Positions 27,982 through 36,690 of a DNA stretch of 61,561 nucleotides are shown here, piece by piece. Made by a program: the position numbers and the translations under genes. The notes beneath the pieces are model-generated. The model saw nothing but the letters and a program-made list of their open reading frames with translations. It was not told where the DNA came from and did not search any database. This stretch comes from Cytophagaceae bacterium (GTDB lineage: Bacteria; Bacteroidota; Bacteroidia; Cytophagales; Spirosomataceae), in assembly GCA_947452215.1 (NCBI GenBank), contig CANGCD010000001.1, forward strand, positions 1-61,561, given 5' to 3'. The stretch's first letter is position 1; each line of letters opens with the position of its first letter.

Positions 27982-29358
27982 TTATTTCGTCTTATACACT
28001 AAATTAGCCCCTGAAACTTCCTCATTCCCCGACAAAGCCTGCGTCTTCGCCTTCCCATCAAATTTCATTGTTTGCTTCATCAATTGGTACGAACCATGTT
28101 CCCTCGCCGCTTCAATAAATACCGTATAATTCCCCTGTACCACATATTCCCCTTGGTCGTTTTTCCCATCCCATATCAAGGAATAGTTCCCAGCGGAACG
28201 TGTCGCCGACGCTATCGACATCAAGTCAATCGGGGTTTCACGCTGCGCATCCGAAAAAGAACGTAAATCGGGTAGCCAACGAGGCTTCCGGTACCATAAA
28301 GCCAAACGGCGTACAGCTTTGTGCTGTTCATCCTCGATCCAAATGGCTACATATGGTCGGCGAGCACCTCCACCCAAATCCGCTAATTCCACATTAATCA
28401 ATAACTCTTGACCCGCTGTCCATAATTTATCTTTGACATGCACCATCTCAATGGGCGAGTCCGTAGACACCGACTTTCCCGACCAGTTTTCACTCATCAC
28501 CAACTCCCCTGAATTATCAACAATCAGATATTCTGTTCCTGGATATTCAGCAGCTAAGGTCTTGGATTCATCCACCGAAAGCACATTAAAAGCCGTAGCC
28601 AAAGCTCCCGCTGTCACGGCATCCGGATGAATAACCGTAGCCGAAATGCTACCCGAAGCGACGTCCCCGGAACGCGGATCCACAATATGTGCCCCCCGGC
28701 GACTCGTACCACTCGTGGCAATCGCTTGATTTTGAATAGTTACTGTACTTAGCGAAGACCCATTTTCCGCATCCGATAAAGGATCCGTTACCCGTACAGC
28801 CTCCCGCAAATCCCCTTTACTTAAAATATCCCCACCAACATTCAACATAATCCCACGAACACCCGCCTCAGCCATCACAGCATCCGCCACCTGTTCCATA
28901 ACGAAACCCTTCGTAAATGAATGTAAGCGCAATTCCGCATCCCCTAAACGCGATGCCGTTGCATCTCCTAACTCCCAATGTGCTTGATTCACCTTGTCCG
29001 AAAAACCATTTATCCGAATTTCGTCAGCTGCCGCATTCAAAGCACCCTTTGTCGCCTCTCTCCAGGTGTCAAACAAGCCTAATACCGCATGTAATTCCGA
29101 TGAAACCAAAATGGCCTCCGCTTGAGAACGGGACCATTGACCAAATTCATGATCACTCCCGCTTCCTAAAATAGACTGGAGCCGACCGAATTCCGCTAAG
29201 ACTTTCGCCTCCGCTTTTTCAGCCAATTCAAACGAATTCGCCAGAATTTTCACGTCCAACGACGTACCTAAAATATTCTCAAAATGTGCTGCTAAAACCC
29301 CCGATTGGTTTGGGACAGCAGCAGCCATAGCTGCTAATGAAAGTGCGATTGGATTCAT
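27982..29358 (-). CDS. apbE: ApbE (FAD:protein FMN transferase)-DUF2271 fusion
   Basis: N-terminal LGT, NVGGD, ATSG, HIVDPRSG. C-terminal RPYVAIWIE, W..DLR, SATR..G.Y...WDG, EAAREHG (DUF2271). Confidence 0.82.
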   Translation of the reverse strand: MNPIALSLAAMAAAVPNQSGVLAAHFENILGTSLDVKILANSFELAEKAEAKVLAEFGRLQSILGSGSDHEFGQWSRSQAEAILVSSELHAVLGLFDTWREATKGALNAAADEIRINGFSDKVNQAHWELGDATASRLGDAELRLHSFTKGFVMEQVADAVMAEAGVRGIMLNVGGDILSKGDLREAVRVTDPLSDAENGSSLSTVTIQNQAIATSGTSRRGAHIVDPRSGDVASGSISATVIHPDAVTAGALATAFNVLSVDESKTLAAEYPGTEYLIVDNSGELVMSENWSGKSVSTDSPIEMVHVKDKLWTAGQELLINVELADLGGGARRPYVAIWIEDEQHKAVRRLALWYRKPRWLPDLRSFSDAQRETPIDLMSIASATRSAGNYSLIWDGKNDQGEYVVQGNYTVFIEAAREHGSYQLMKQTMKFDGKAKTQALSGNEEVSGANLVYKTK

Positions 29359-29452
29359 ATTTGAATTAGTTTTAATGGTTGGCGAAATTAAAATTTACCA
29401 AAAATATCCGAAAAACATATAGACCAAACCCTGTTTTTCCGCTACCTAAAAC

Positions 29453-29484
29453 AAAACGCCGCCAAGGTAAAGCCCTGGCGGCGT
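29453..29484 (-). terminator. Intrinsic terminator after alcohol dehydrogenase (resembles a degenerate family A REP)
   Basis: Minus strand GACGCCGCCAGGG-CTTTA-CCTTGGCGGCG-TTTT. Confidence 0.65.
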
Positions 29485-29507
29485 CTCTACATAATCATGA
29501 TAAAAAC

Positions 29508-30551
29508 CTACAAGGTCTTCATATCAATCACAAATCGATACTTTACATCAGATTTAATCACACGCTCATAGGCCGCATTTACATCCGCCATCGAAATCAT
29601 TTCGATATCCGATAAGATGTTATGCTCTGCACAATAGTCGAGCATTTCCTGCGTCTCCGCAATACCACCAATCATCGAACCTACGATACTCCGACGTTTC
29701 GAAATCAAAGTCGCCGCTCCAAAAGTATTGTCTTCGGGTGGAATCCCAACCAATAACATTTTGCCTTCCACCTTCAATAATCCACAGAAAGCATTCAAAT
29801 CATGTTTGGCAGCCACCGTATTCAAGATAAAATCAAAAGATCCCTTCAAAGCCTCCATTTGTTTCGGATCCGTAGATAAGGCAAAATGATGTGCCCCCAG
29901 CGAACGTGCATCCGCTTCTTTTGAAGGAGAGGTCGACAACATCGTTACTTCGGCCCCAAAGGATGCCGCAAATTTCACCGCCATGTGACCCAATCCACCC
30001 AATCCTAACACCGCCACTTTATGCCCCTTGCCTACTCCCGCAAAACGCAAAGGCGAATAAGTAGTAATCCCCGCACACAACAAAGGAGCCACACGTGCCA
30101 AATCCTTCTCCTCAAAATTTACATGCAAGGCATATTTTTCATCAATCACATAATTCGCTGAGTATCCGCCAAATGTCTGCGTCTTACCATCTCGGTAAAA
30201 ATCATTGTAGGTCGCGGTCATGTTCTCATCGCAATATTGCTCTTGACCTTTTTGGCAAGATGGACATTCCCGACAAGAATCCACAAAAACTCCAACACCC
30301 GCCGTTTGGCCAACCTTAAACTTCGTAACATGCGCACCCACAGCGACAACTTTTCCCACAATCTCGTGACCGGGTACAATCGGATAAATCGACGGCCCCC
30401 ACTCACTACGCACCATGTGTATGTCGGAGTGACATACGCCACAATATTCAATATCAATTTGTATATCATGCGGACCCACTTCCCGACGTTCAAAAACAAT
30501 CGGCGCCACTGGCACCTCAGCGCTCGTAGCGCCATACCCTTTAACTTGCAT
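29508..30551 (-). CDS. Zn-dependent NADP alcohol dehydrogenase (YahK/cinnamyl-alcohol dehydrogenase type)
   Basis: GVCHSD, GHE, CxxCxxCx7C, APLLCAGITTYSP, GLGGLG, VKYRFVID. Confidence 0.93.
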   Translation of the reverse strand: MQVKGYGATSAEVPVAPIVFERREVGPHDIQIDIEYCGVCHSDIHMVRSEWGPSIYPIVPGHEIVGKVVAVGAHVTKFKVGQTAGVGVFVDSCRECPSCQKGQEQYCDENMTATYNDFYRDGKTQTFGGYSANYVIDEKYALHVNFEEKDLARVAPLLCAGITTYSPLRFAGVGKGHKVAVLGLGGLGHMAVKFAASFGAEVTMLSTSPSKEADARSLGAHHFALSTDPKQMEALKGSFDFILNTVAAKHDLNAFCGLLKVEGKMLLVGIPPEDNTFGAATLISKRRSIVGSMIGGIAETQEMLDYCAEHNILSDIEMISMADVNAAYERVIKSDVKYRFVIDMKTL

Positions 30552-31182
30552 TTTGTGTTTGGTTTAATGTATCGATAAAAACTTGAATCGGTTCCGCTCC
30601 TGAAATACCATACTTCCTGTCAAAAACAAAAAACGGCACTCCGCGAACCCCTAAATTTACTCCTTCTTGAATGTCTTGACTCACGCGGTATGCGAGCTCC
30701 TCCGAGTCAAGCGCCGCGCGAATTTCCGACGCCTCCAATCCTGCTTCTTCACCTAAGGCAACCAAGGTATCAACCGATGCCAAATCCTTCCCATCAGTAA
30801 AGTACGCCCGGAAAAAAATCTCTTCAATGACATCGTCTAAGCCTTTTTCTTTGGCCAATTGAATTACTCGATGTGCATACAATGAATTCGCCACCACAGC
30901 CTTATCAAAATTGTATTCCAACCCGACGGAAGCCGCCATCTCCACGACACGCTCATGCATTTGCTCCGACTGATCCATGCTCCATCCCTTCCGATCCGCC
31001 AAGTATTCATATACACCCACAGGTTCTTCGAATTCCATGGGAATTGTGGGGTCCAACTGATAGCTCATCCAGGTTATTTCCACCTGATCACGCCCAGAAA
31101 ATGATTCCAAGGCCTTCTCGAGGTGACGTTTGCCAATGTAGCAAAACGGACACATGATATCACTCCAAATTTCTATTTTCAT
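30541..31182 (-). CDS. DsbA family FrnE-like dithiol oxidoreductase
   Basis: WSDIMCPFCYIG, GVRGVPFF, ISGA. Confidence 0.92.
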   Translation of the reverse strand: MKIEIWSDIMCPFCYIGKRHLEKALESFSGRDQVEITWMSYQLDPTIPMEFEEPVGVYEYLADRKGWSMDQSEQMHERVVEMAASVGLEYNFDKAVVANSLYAHRVIQLAKEKGLDDVIEEIFFRAYFTDGKDLASVDTLVALGEEAGLEASEIRAALDSEELAYRVSQDIQEGVNLGVRGVPFFVFDRKYGISGAEPIQVFIDTLNQTQNAS

Positions 31183-31225
31183 CTCAGCAATTTAATGTAA
31201 TTTCGGCACATAATTTTCTGAATCT

Positions 31226-33454
31226 ATGTTCTCCTTCCGAAAGCTTTTTATTACGCTAATTATCATTCCTAACCTCTTTGCTCAAAGCATTTCGGATTTA
31301 GTCAAAACCCTACCTCGCATCGAGGGAAAACAAGCCTATCTCGCTTCTCCTTTTGCCGCAACAGGCGACCGATTATACTTAGTTGGCCATCAAAACGGTC
31401 AATTCCCCGATCTCGGCTGGCACATCACTGGCGAAATGGGTGGCATTTGGGCACACCCCATTAAACTCCTGGACGGATTTATTGTTTCTATTGATGGCCA
31501 AGATTTAACAGATGCAGAACGTTTTACCAATTTCCCTTTTGCCAACCAGCATCAGTATCAAACGAAAAACCTCCGAATTCTACGAACCCAATTCGTGCCG
31601 GATGGACTTCCTGGCTGTGTCATTGAATTTGAAATCGAAAATAAAAGCACGAATTCCGTAAACACACCGTTCGTATTTCAAGCCAAATCCGATTTGCGGC
31701 CTACCTGGTTAGGCGAGCGGACGAACATGATAGACCATGTGGATCAAGCTGTATTTGTTAACAGCCATTGGATTTTCAAGGACGAAAAAAAACCTTGGTT
31801 TACCATCGTAGGATCAAACGAAAACGGCATCCCAGGTGCAGCGCCCATCCCGTTTCAATCCTCCGGAAAGGGTATAGCAAGATCCATCAATTACCAACTA
31901 AGCATTCCTGCAGGAGGCAAAAAAACGATTCAATTTTACATCGCGGGTTCAGCAACATCCAAGGCCTTGGCGTTAAAAACCTATGAGAATCTCCAACAAA
32001 ATTCCGCAAAACTATTCCAACAAAAATGGAGCCGTGTGAACGGATTAGCACAGAAAAGTAAAATCAATATCCCTGATAAAAACATCCAAGAGGCCTATAC
32101 TTGGTTGCAATACAATACTGATGGACTAACACGCGACGTACCGGGAATCGGTCGGGGCATTAGCGCCGGACTGCCCGATTACCCATGGTGGTTTGGTACC
32201 GACAGTGAATATGCCTTGCAAGGTGCCATCGCCATCGGACAAAAAGAATTGACCTTGAGCTCCATGGATTTGATTCATCAGCTCTCGCAAAAGGCAAATC
32301 AAAACGGTCGGATCATCCACGAAGTCTCCACCAATGGCGCTGTGTTCAACCCCGGGAATTTGAACGAAACAGCTCAGTTTGCCTCCCTCGTTTGGAAAGT
32401 ATTTCAATGGACAGGAGATAAGAAACTACTCAAAACCTATTTCCCGACGATCAAAAAAGGGCTGAATTGGTTGTTGGACGAGAACGACAAAGACCGCAAC
32501 GGATTCCCGGACGGCTCCGGCATGATGGAAATTCAAGGACTTCACAGTGAGATGATTGATGTGGCTTCCTATACGCAGAAAGCCTTACAAGATGCCGCTG
32601 AAATGGCTCATCTAATAGGTGAAGAAAAACTTTCAGCAGATTATATTGAAAAAGCCAAGCGGCTGAAGAGTCAGATAAATGAGCGTTTTTGGAATGAGGA
32701 ATTTAAATCCTATGCCGACTTCCGCAGCAAGGATTCTGAGGCGCTCGAATTAATCAAACAGGCGATAGTCCGGGCAGATACGTTACATAAACCTTGGGCG
32801 GCAGCGGAATTAATACAAACCGAAAAATACATCCAAGAACATCCGAGCAATCTAGCCAGGCCATTTGTCGTTCACCACAATTGGGTGGTAAATACGCCCA
32901 TGGAATTAGGAGTTGCCGATCCTGAAAAAGCACTTAAGGCGCTGGAAACAACGAAAAGATTCACGAATCCTTTCGGGCTATTCGTGACGGGAATCGACCG
33001 GGACGCCTCCGCGGGTAGTGATGCCGGCGCCTTCAAAGCACCGAAAATATTTACCTACACAGGTGCGGTGATGACGCTCCCAACGGGCGTGATGGCCGTG
33101 GCGGAAAATCGTTATGGTAGACCCGATCAAGCACTCGAATACATCCAAAAATTAACGCATTCCTTCAGTTATGCGCTCCCGGGTAGCATGTATGAAGTCT
33201 CGCCAGATTTTGGCATGTTCACCCAAGCTTGGAATGTATTCGGATTTGCGGTTCCCATTGTGGAGCAGTTTTTTGGGATACAGCCCCGAGCTGATTTACA
33301 TGAAATTACGATTACGCCACGTATGCCTTCGAGCTGGGAAAAAGCCCAAATTGAGAACGTGGAAATCGGCGATAATCGGATTAGCGTATTCTACCAACAA
33401 GGCCAAGCACCTCGAGTGACACAGACAAAAAATTGGAAAATTATCCTGAAATAA
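31226..33454 (+). CDS. Secreted (alpha/alpha)6-barrel glycoside hydrolase, glycogen-debranching-enzyme-like
   Basis: AGLPDYPWWFGTD, GRIIHE, FWNEE, GSMYEVSP...QAW. Confidence 0.72.
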   Translation: MFSFRKLFITLIIIPNLFAQSISDLVKTLPRIEGKQAYLASPFAATGDRLYLVGHQNGQFPDLGWHITGEMGGIWAHPIKLLDGFIVSIDGQDLTDAERFTNFPFANQHQYQTKNLRILRTQFVPDGLPGCVIEFEIENKSTNSVNTPFVFQAKSDLRPTWLGERTNMIDHVDQAVFVNSHWIFKDEKKPWFTIVGSNENGIPGAAPIPFQSSGKGIARSINYQLSIPAGGKKTIQFYIAGSATSKALALKTYENLQQNSAKLFQQKWSRVNGLAQKSKINIPDKNIQEAYTWLQYNTDGLTRDVPGIGRGISAGLPDYPWWFGTDSEYALQGAIAIGQKELTLSSMDLIHQLSQKANQNGRIIHEVSTNGAVFNPGNLNETAQFASLVWKVFQWTGDKKLLKTYFPTIKKGLNWLLDENDKDRNGFPDGSGMMEIQGLHSEMIDVASYTQKALQDAAEMAHLIGEEKLSADYIEKAKRLKSQINERFWNEEFKSYADFRSKDSEALELIKQAIVRADTLHKPWAAAELIQTEKYIQEHPSNLARPFVVHHNWVVNTPMELGVADPEKALKALETTKRFTNPFGLFVTGIDRDASAGSDAGAFKAPKIFTYTGAVMTLPTGVMAVAENRYGRPDQALEYIQKLTHSFSYALPGSMYEVSPDFGMFTQAWNVFGFAVPIVEQFFGIQPRADLHEITITPRMPSSWEKAQIENVEIGDNRISVFYQQGQAPRVTQTKNWKIILK

Positions 33455-33496
33455 AATTTCAAGAATCCCCATTGAATGGAGGTGTTTTTTTGTTGC

Positions 33497-33508
33497 TGAT
33501 TAAAATCA
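33497..33508 (+). promoter_or_regulatory. FNR/Crp-like box TGAT-TAAA-ATCA upstream of the 597-aa gene
   Basis: TGAT-N4-ATCA palindrome about 23 nt upstream of a non-consensus -7 box GACCTTTG (33532-33539). Confidence 0.5.
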
Positions 33509-33563
33509 TATTTAGTCCAAATTTCCCGGCCGACCTTTGTAACTCTTAAAATTTGATAAGATT

Positions 33564-35357
33564 ATGCAAAAATCCGCCGCACACACCTTTCACATTCCTG
33601 TCATGGGATTGGGTTTCACGATAGATACACCTGTGAAGGTTGGCCCCTTTGGAATTTCTTCCGTCGTTTCTATTGTTGATGATCATTTAGTTGAGGAAAT
33701 GCGCGAGGCCTACAGCAAGGAAAACAACCTTGCTTTTAACCCAATCGAGAAAACAGAGGACGATTACCGCGCGAAACGCATCACGGCCTATTTGAATTTA
33801 CTTGAGAAGCTTTTGCAACATAAGACGAAGACAATACGGAGCCAAGCTTTTGAACATACAACCGACATTACCCGTTATTTCGAATTATTACCAGATCATG
33901 TTCCACAAAAGACAGAATACTTGGACATGCTCGCGACGGAAGATGTATGCCAAAAATTTATCAAACAAGGTAATTTACGCAAATACGTCGTAGCAGGATC
34001 CATCGATGTAAACATCATGGCAAAGGTGAATAAAATTAATTACGATAAAAAAGGAAATGCTTTAGCAAAGGAATTCGCAGATGCTTTGGCTGCTTTACGA
34101 GGATATGCCCAAAGTGATTTGAGTTCCGCTATCATTGTTTCCGCCGGGTATAATCCGATGCTCTATGGCTACATCGAGGAATTCCCAGATTTTTTCCCAA
34201 CGACATCGGGTAAATTAAAAAAGAAAATCATCCTCAAAGTTAGCGACTACCGCAGCGCTGTGACACAGGGGAAAATCTTGGCCAAAAAAGGGATTTGGGT
34301 ATCTGAATTTCGGATTGAATCTGGATTGAATTGTGGTGGACATGCCTTTGCAACGGATGGTCTGCTGATTGGGCCAATTTTGGAGGAATTTAAGACCAAC
34401 CGACAAGCATTACTAAATGAATTATTCGAAATGTGTCAAAAAAGTCTTGCGGAAAAAGGCCAAAACGTTTTCCTCACATATCCTGATATGCGGATAACTG
34501 TTCAAGGGGGAATCGGGACGCATGCGGAGGACGCACTATTAAAGGAACATTACCAGACCCAAGGTACGGGATGGGGCAGTCCATTTTTACTGGTTCCTGA
34601 AGCAACACAAGTAGACCCTACAACAAGAAAAGCCTTAGCCGAGGCAGAAGAAAGTGATTATTACATGAGTCATGCTTCGCCCTTGGGAGTGCCATTTAAT
34701 AATTTCAGAAAAAGCTCTTCGGAAAAACAACGATTAGAACGTATTGAAAAGGGCCGCCCAGGGAGTCCGTGTACATTGGAATATTTGGCTACAAATACGG
34801 AATTTACCGAGAAGCCAATTTGTACAGCATCCCGGAAATATCAGCATAAAAAATTGGTTCAACTCGAGGAACAAGGCTTGCCGGAAACGGAATACCAAAA
34901 AGCATTCGCTGCTATAACTGAGAAAGTTTGCTTATGCACGGGACTTGGGACTTCGGCTTTACAAAACTTTGACATCAAACCATCACATCACCAGCATGCT
35001 GTAGCGATTTGCCCAGGACCTAATTTGGCCTATTTCTCCGGTACCTTTTCATTGAAAGAAATGGTCGACCATATTTACGGTCGGGCCAATATCTTGAATA
35101 ATCGCGATCGCCCCAACCTCTTTCTAAAGGAACTTGGATTGTATGTCGACTACCTAAAAAAAGAAGTGGAAAAAAGCGTAGAATCGATGACAGCAAAACA
35201 AGAACGCTATCTCAAAACATTCCGCGACAACCTCTTAAGCGGTGTCGCCTATTACCAAAACTTGAGCCTACCGAGTTTACAAGATATGAAAGAAGAATTG
35301 GCACAATGGGAAGCCAAAATCCAAAGTCTACCCATACCGCAAGTAATCGTATCTTAA
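33564..35357 (+). CDS. Conserved hypothetical; probable FMN-dependent TIM-barrel oxidoreductase (FabK/FabX/NMO-like) with Cys-rich C-terminus
   Basis: DVNIM, VSAGYNP, ESGLNCGGH, VQGGIG, GTGWGSPFL..PEA and SPLGVP occur in FabK/NMO motif order. Confidence 0.6.
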   Translation: MQKSAAHTFHIPVMGLGFTIDTPVKVGPFGISSVVSIVDDHLVEEMREAYSKENNLAFNPIEKTEDDYRAKRITAYLNLLEKLLQHKTKTIRSQAFEHTTDITRYFELLPDHVPQKTEYLDMLATEDVCQKFIKQGNLRKYVVAGSIDVNIMAKVNKINYDKKGNALAKEFADALAALRGYAQSDLSSAIIVSAGYNPMLYGYIEEFPDFFPTTSGKLKKKIILKVSDYRSAVTQGKILAKKGIWVSEFRIESGLNCGGHAFATDGLLIGPILEEFKTNRQALLNELFEMCQKSLAEKGQNVFLTYPDMRITVQGGIGTHAEDALLKEHYQTQGTGWGSPFLLVPEATQVDPTTRKALAEAEESDYYMSHASPLGVPFNNFRKSSSEKQRLERIEKGRPGSPCTLEYLATNTEFTEKPICTASRKYQHKKLVQLEEQGLPETEYQKAFAAITEKVCLCTGLGTSALQNFDIKPSHHQHAVAICPGPNLAYFSGTFSLKEMVDHIYGRANILNNRDRPNLFLKELGLYVDYLKKEVEKSVESMTAKQERYLKTFRDNLLSGVAYYQNLSLPSLQDMKEELAQWEAKIQSLPIPQVIVS

Positions 35358-35360
35358 TTG

Positions 35361-35387
35361 AACCCCCGGGGAAACCTGGGGGTTTTT
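35361..35387 (+). terminator. Intrinsic terminator
   Basis: AACCCCCGGG-GAAA-CCTGGGGGTT-TTT. Confidence 0.8.
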
Positions 35388-35436
35388 CCTTTTACATCCC
35401 ATATTTTCTGTAATTTCAGGAGATAAAATCAACAAC

Positions 35437-36690
35437 ATGCACAAACTAATCCTAATCACACTTTCTTTATTTATTTATTTCGCTTCTTTCGGTCAAGACA
35501 CGACACAAATCGTCCACGCAGAACGAAGGAATGCGGCTTCCCAACAAGCTAAACCCTATGTTATTTTAATTTCCGCAGATGGATTTCGGTCTGACTTTTC
35601 GGTCAAATATGGCGCGAAGTTTTTACAAAGTCGGGAGGCAAAAGGTGTTAAAGCTGCCGCTATGATTCCATCTTATCCTACCTTAACCTTTCCAAACCAT
35701 TATAGTATCGTGACAGGTCTTTATCCAGCTCACCATGGATTAGTCGATAATCGCTATTTCGATATGACCTCAGGTAAGGAATACAACATGGGGAACAAAA
35801 AGATGGTGGCTGAGGGAAAATGGTATGGTGGTACACCACTTTGGGTATTAGCAGAACAACAAGGCATGTTAAGCGCGAGTTTTTACTGGGTAGCGTCTGA
35901 GGCGGATATTCAGGGGATTAGACCAACTTATTTATACACATACAATGAGAGCATTGCCATCGAACAACGTATTCAGGCGGTGAAAGATTGGTTATCCTTA
36001 CCCGCTGAAAAGCGGCCACACCTAATTACTTTTTATTTCCCGCAAGTTGACCACGATGCACATGAATACGGTCCTGAAGATCCACGAGTAGGCGATGCGG
36101 TGCATTGGGTGGACCAAAGTATCGCTCAGCTACAAGCGGCATTAGACCCCTTGAAATTACCAATTAACTATGTTTTTGTTTCTGATCATGGTATGACGAC
36201 CGTAGATATCGAACACACCTTGGGGAAGCCTGCTGCATTGGATACCGCTGCCTTTAAGGTTCCCTCAGGAGACGCACTTCTACATGTCTATACAAAAAAT
36301 CCGTCGGCTGTACCCAGTACGCTTGCTTCGCTCAAACAGAACACAAGCTTTAAAACCTACCTGATGGATGAAACTCCGGAGCATTGGCATTACCGCAAAT
36401 CAGATGACCGGTTCAACCGTTTGGGAGATATTTTACTCGTTCCGAACCACCCCTCCATTTTCAATTTAGGCACACGAAAAACAAGTCCCGGAAAGCATGG
36501 CTATGATAACCATCATCCCGACATGCAGGCTAGTTTCCAAGCGTGGGGTCCCGCTTTCAAAACCGGCATAAAAATTCCAGCATTTGAAAATGTAAATGTC
36601 TATCCGCTTGTAGGCAAGATTCTTGGACTCAGCATTGATGAATCAATGATCGATGGGCGCTTGAGCCAACTGAAGTCTATCCTGAACTAA
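35437..36690 (+). CDS. Ectonucleotide pyrophosphatase/phosphodiesterase (alkaline phosphatase superfamily)
   Basis: ISADGFR, TLTFPNHYSIVTGLYP, DHDAH, SDHG, GKHGYDN. Confidence 0.92.
   Translation: MHKLILITLSLFIYFASFGQDTTQIVHAERRNAASQQAKPYVILISADGFRSDFSVKYGAKFLQSREAKGVKAAAMIPSYPTLTFPNHYSIVTGLYPAHHGLVDNRYFDMTSGKEYNMGNKKMVAEGKWYGGTPLWVLAEQQGMLSASFYWVASEADIQGIRPTYLYTYNESIAIEQRIQAVKDWLSLPAEKRPHLITFYFPQVDHDAHEYGPEDPRVGDAVHWVDQSIAQLQAALDPLKLPINYVFVSDHGMTTVDIEHTLGKPAALDTAAFKVPSGDALLHVYTKNPSAVPSTLASLKQNTSFKTYLMDETPEHWHYRKSDDRFNRLGDILLVPNHPSIFNLGTRKTSPGKHGYDNHHPDMQASFQAWGPAFKTGIKIPAFENVNVYPLVGKILGLSIDESMIDGRLSQLKSILN

Noticed and set aside
33465-33491. Terminator after the debranching-type GH
   Set aside because: A T-run is present but the stem is short and mismatched, so it is not confidently supported.
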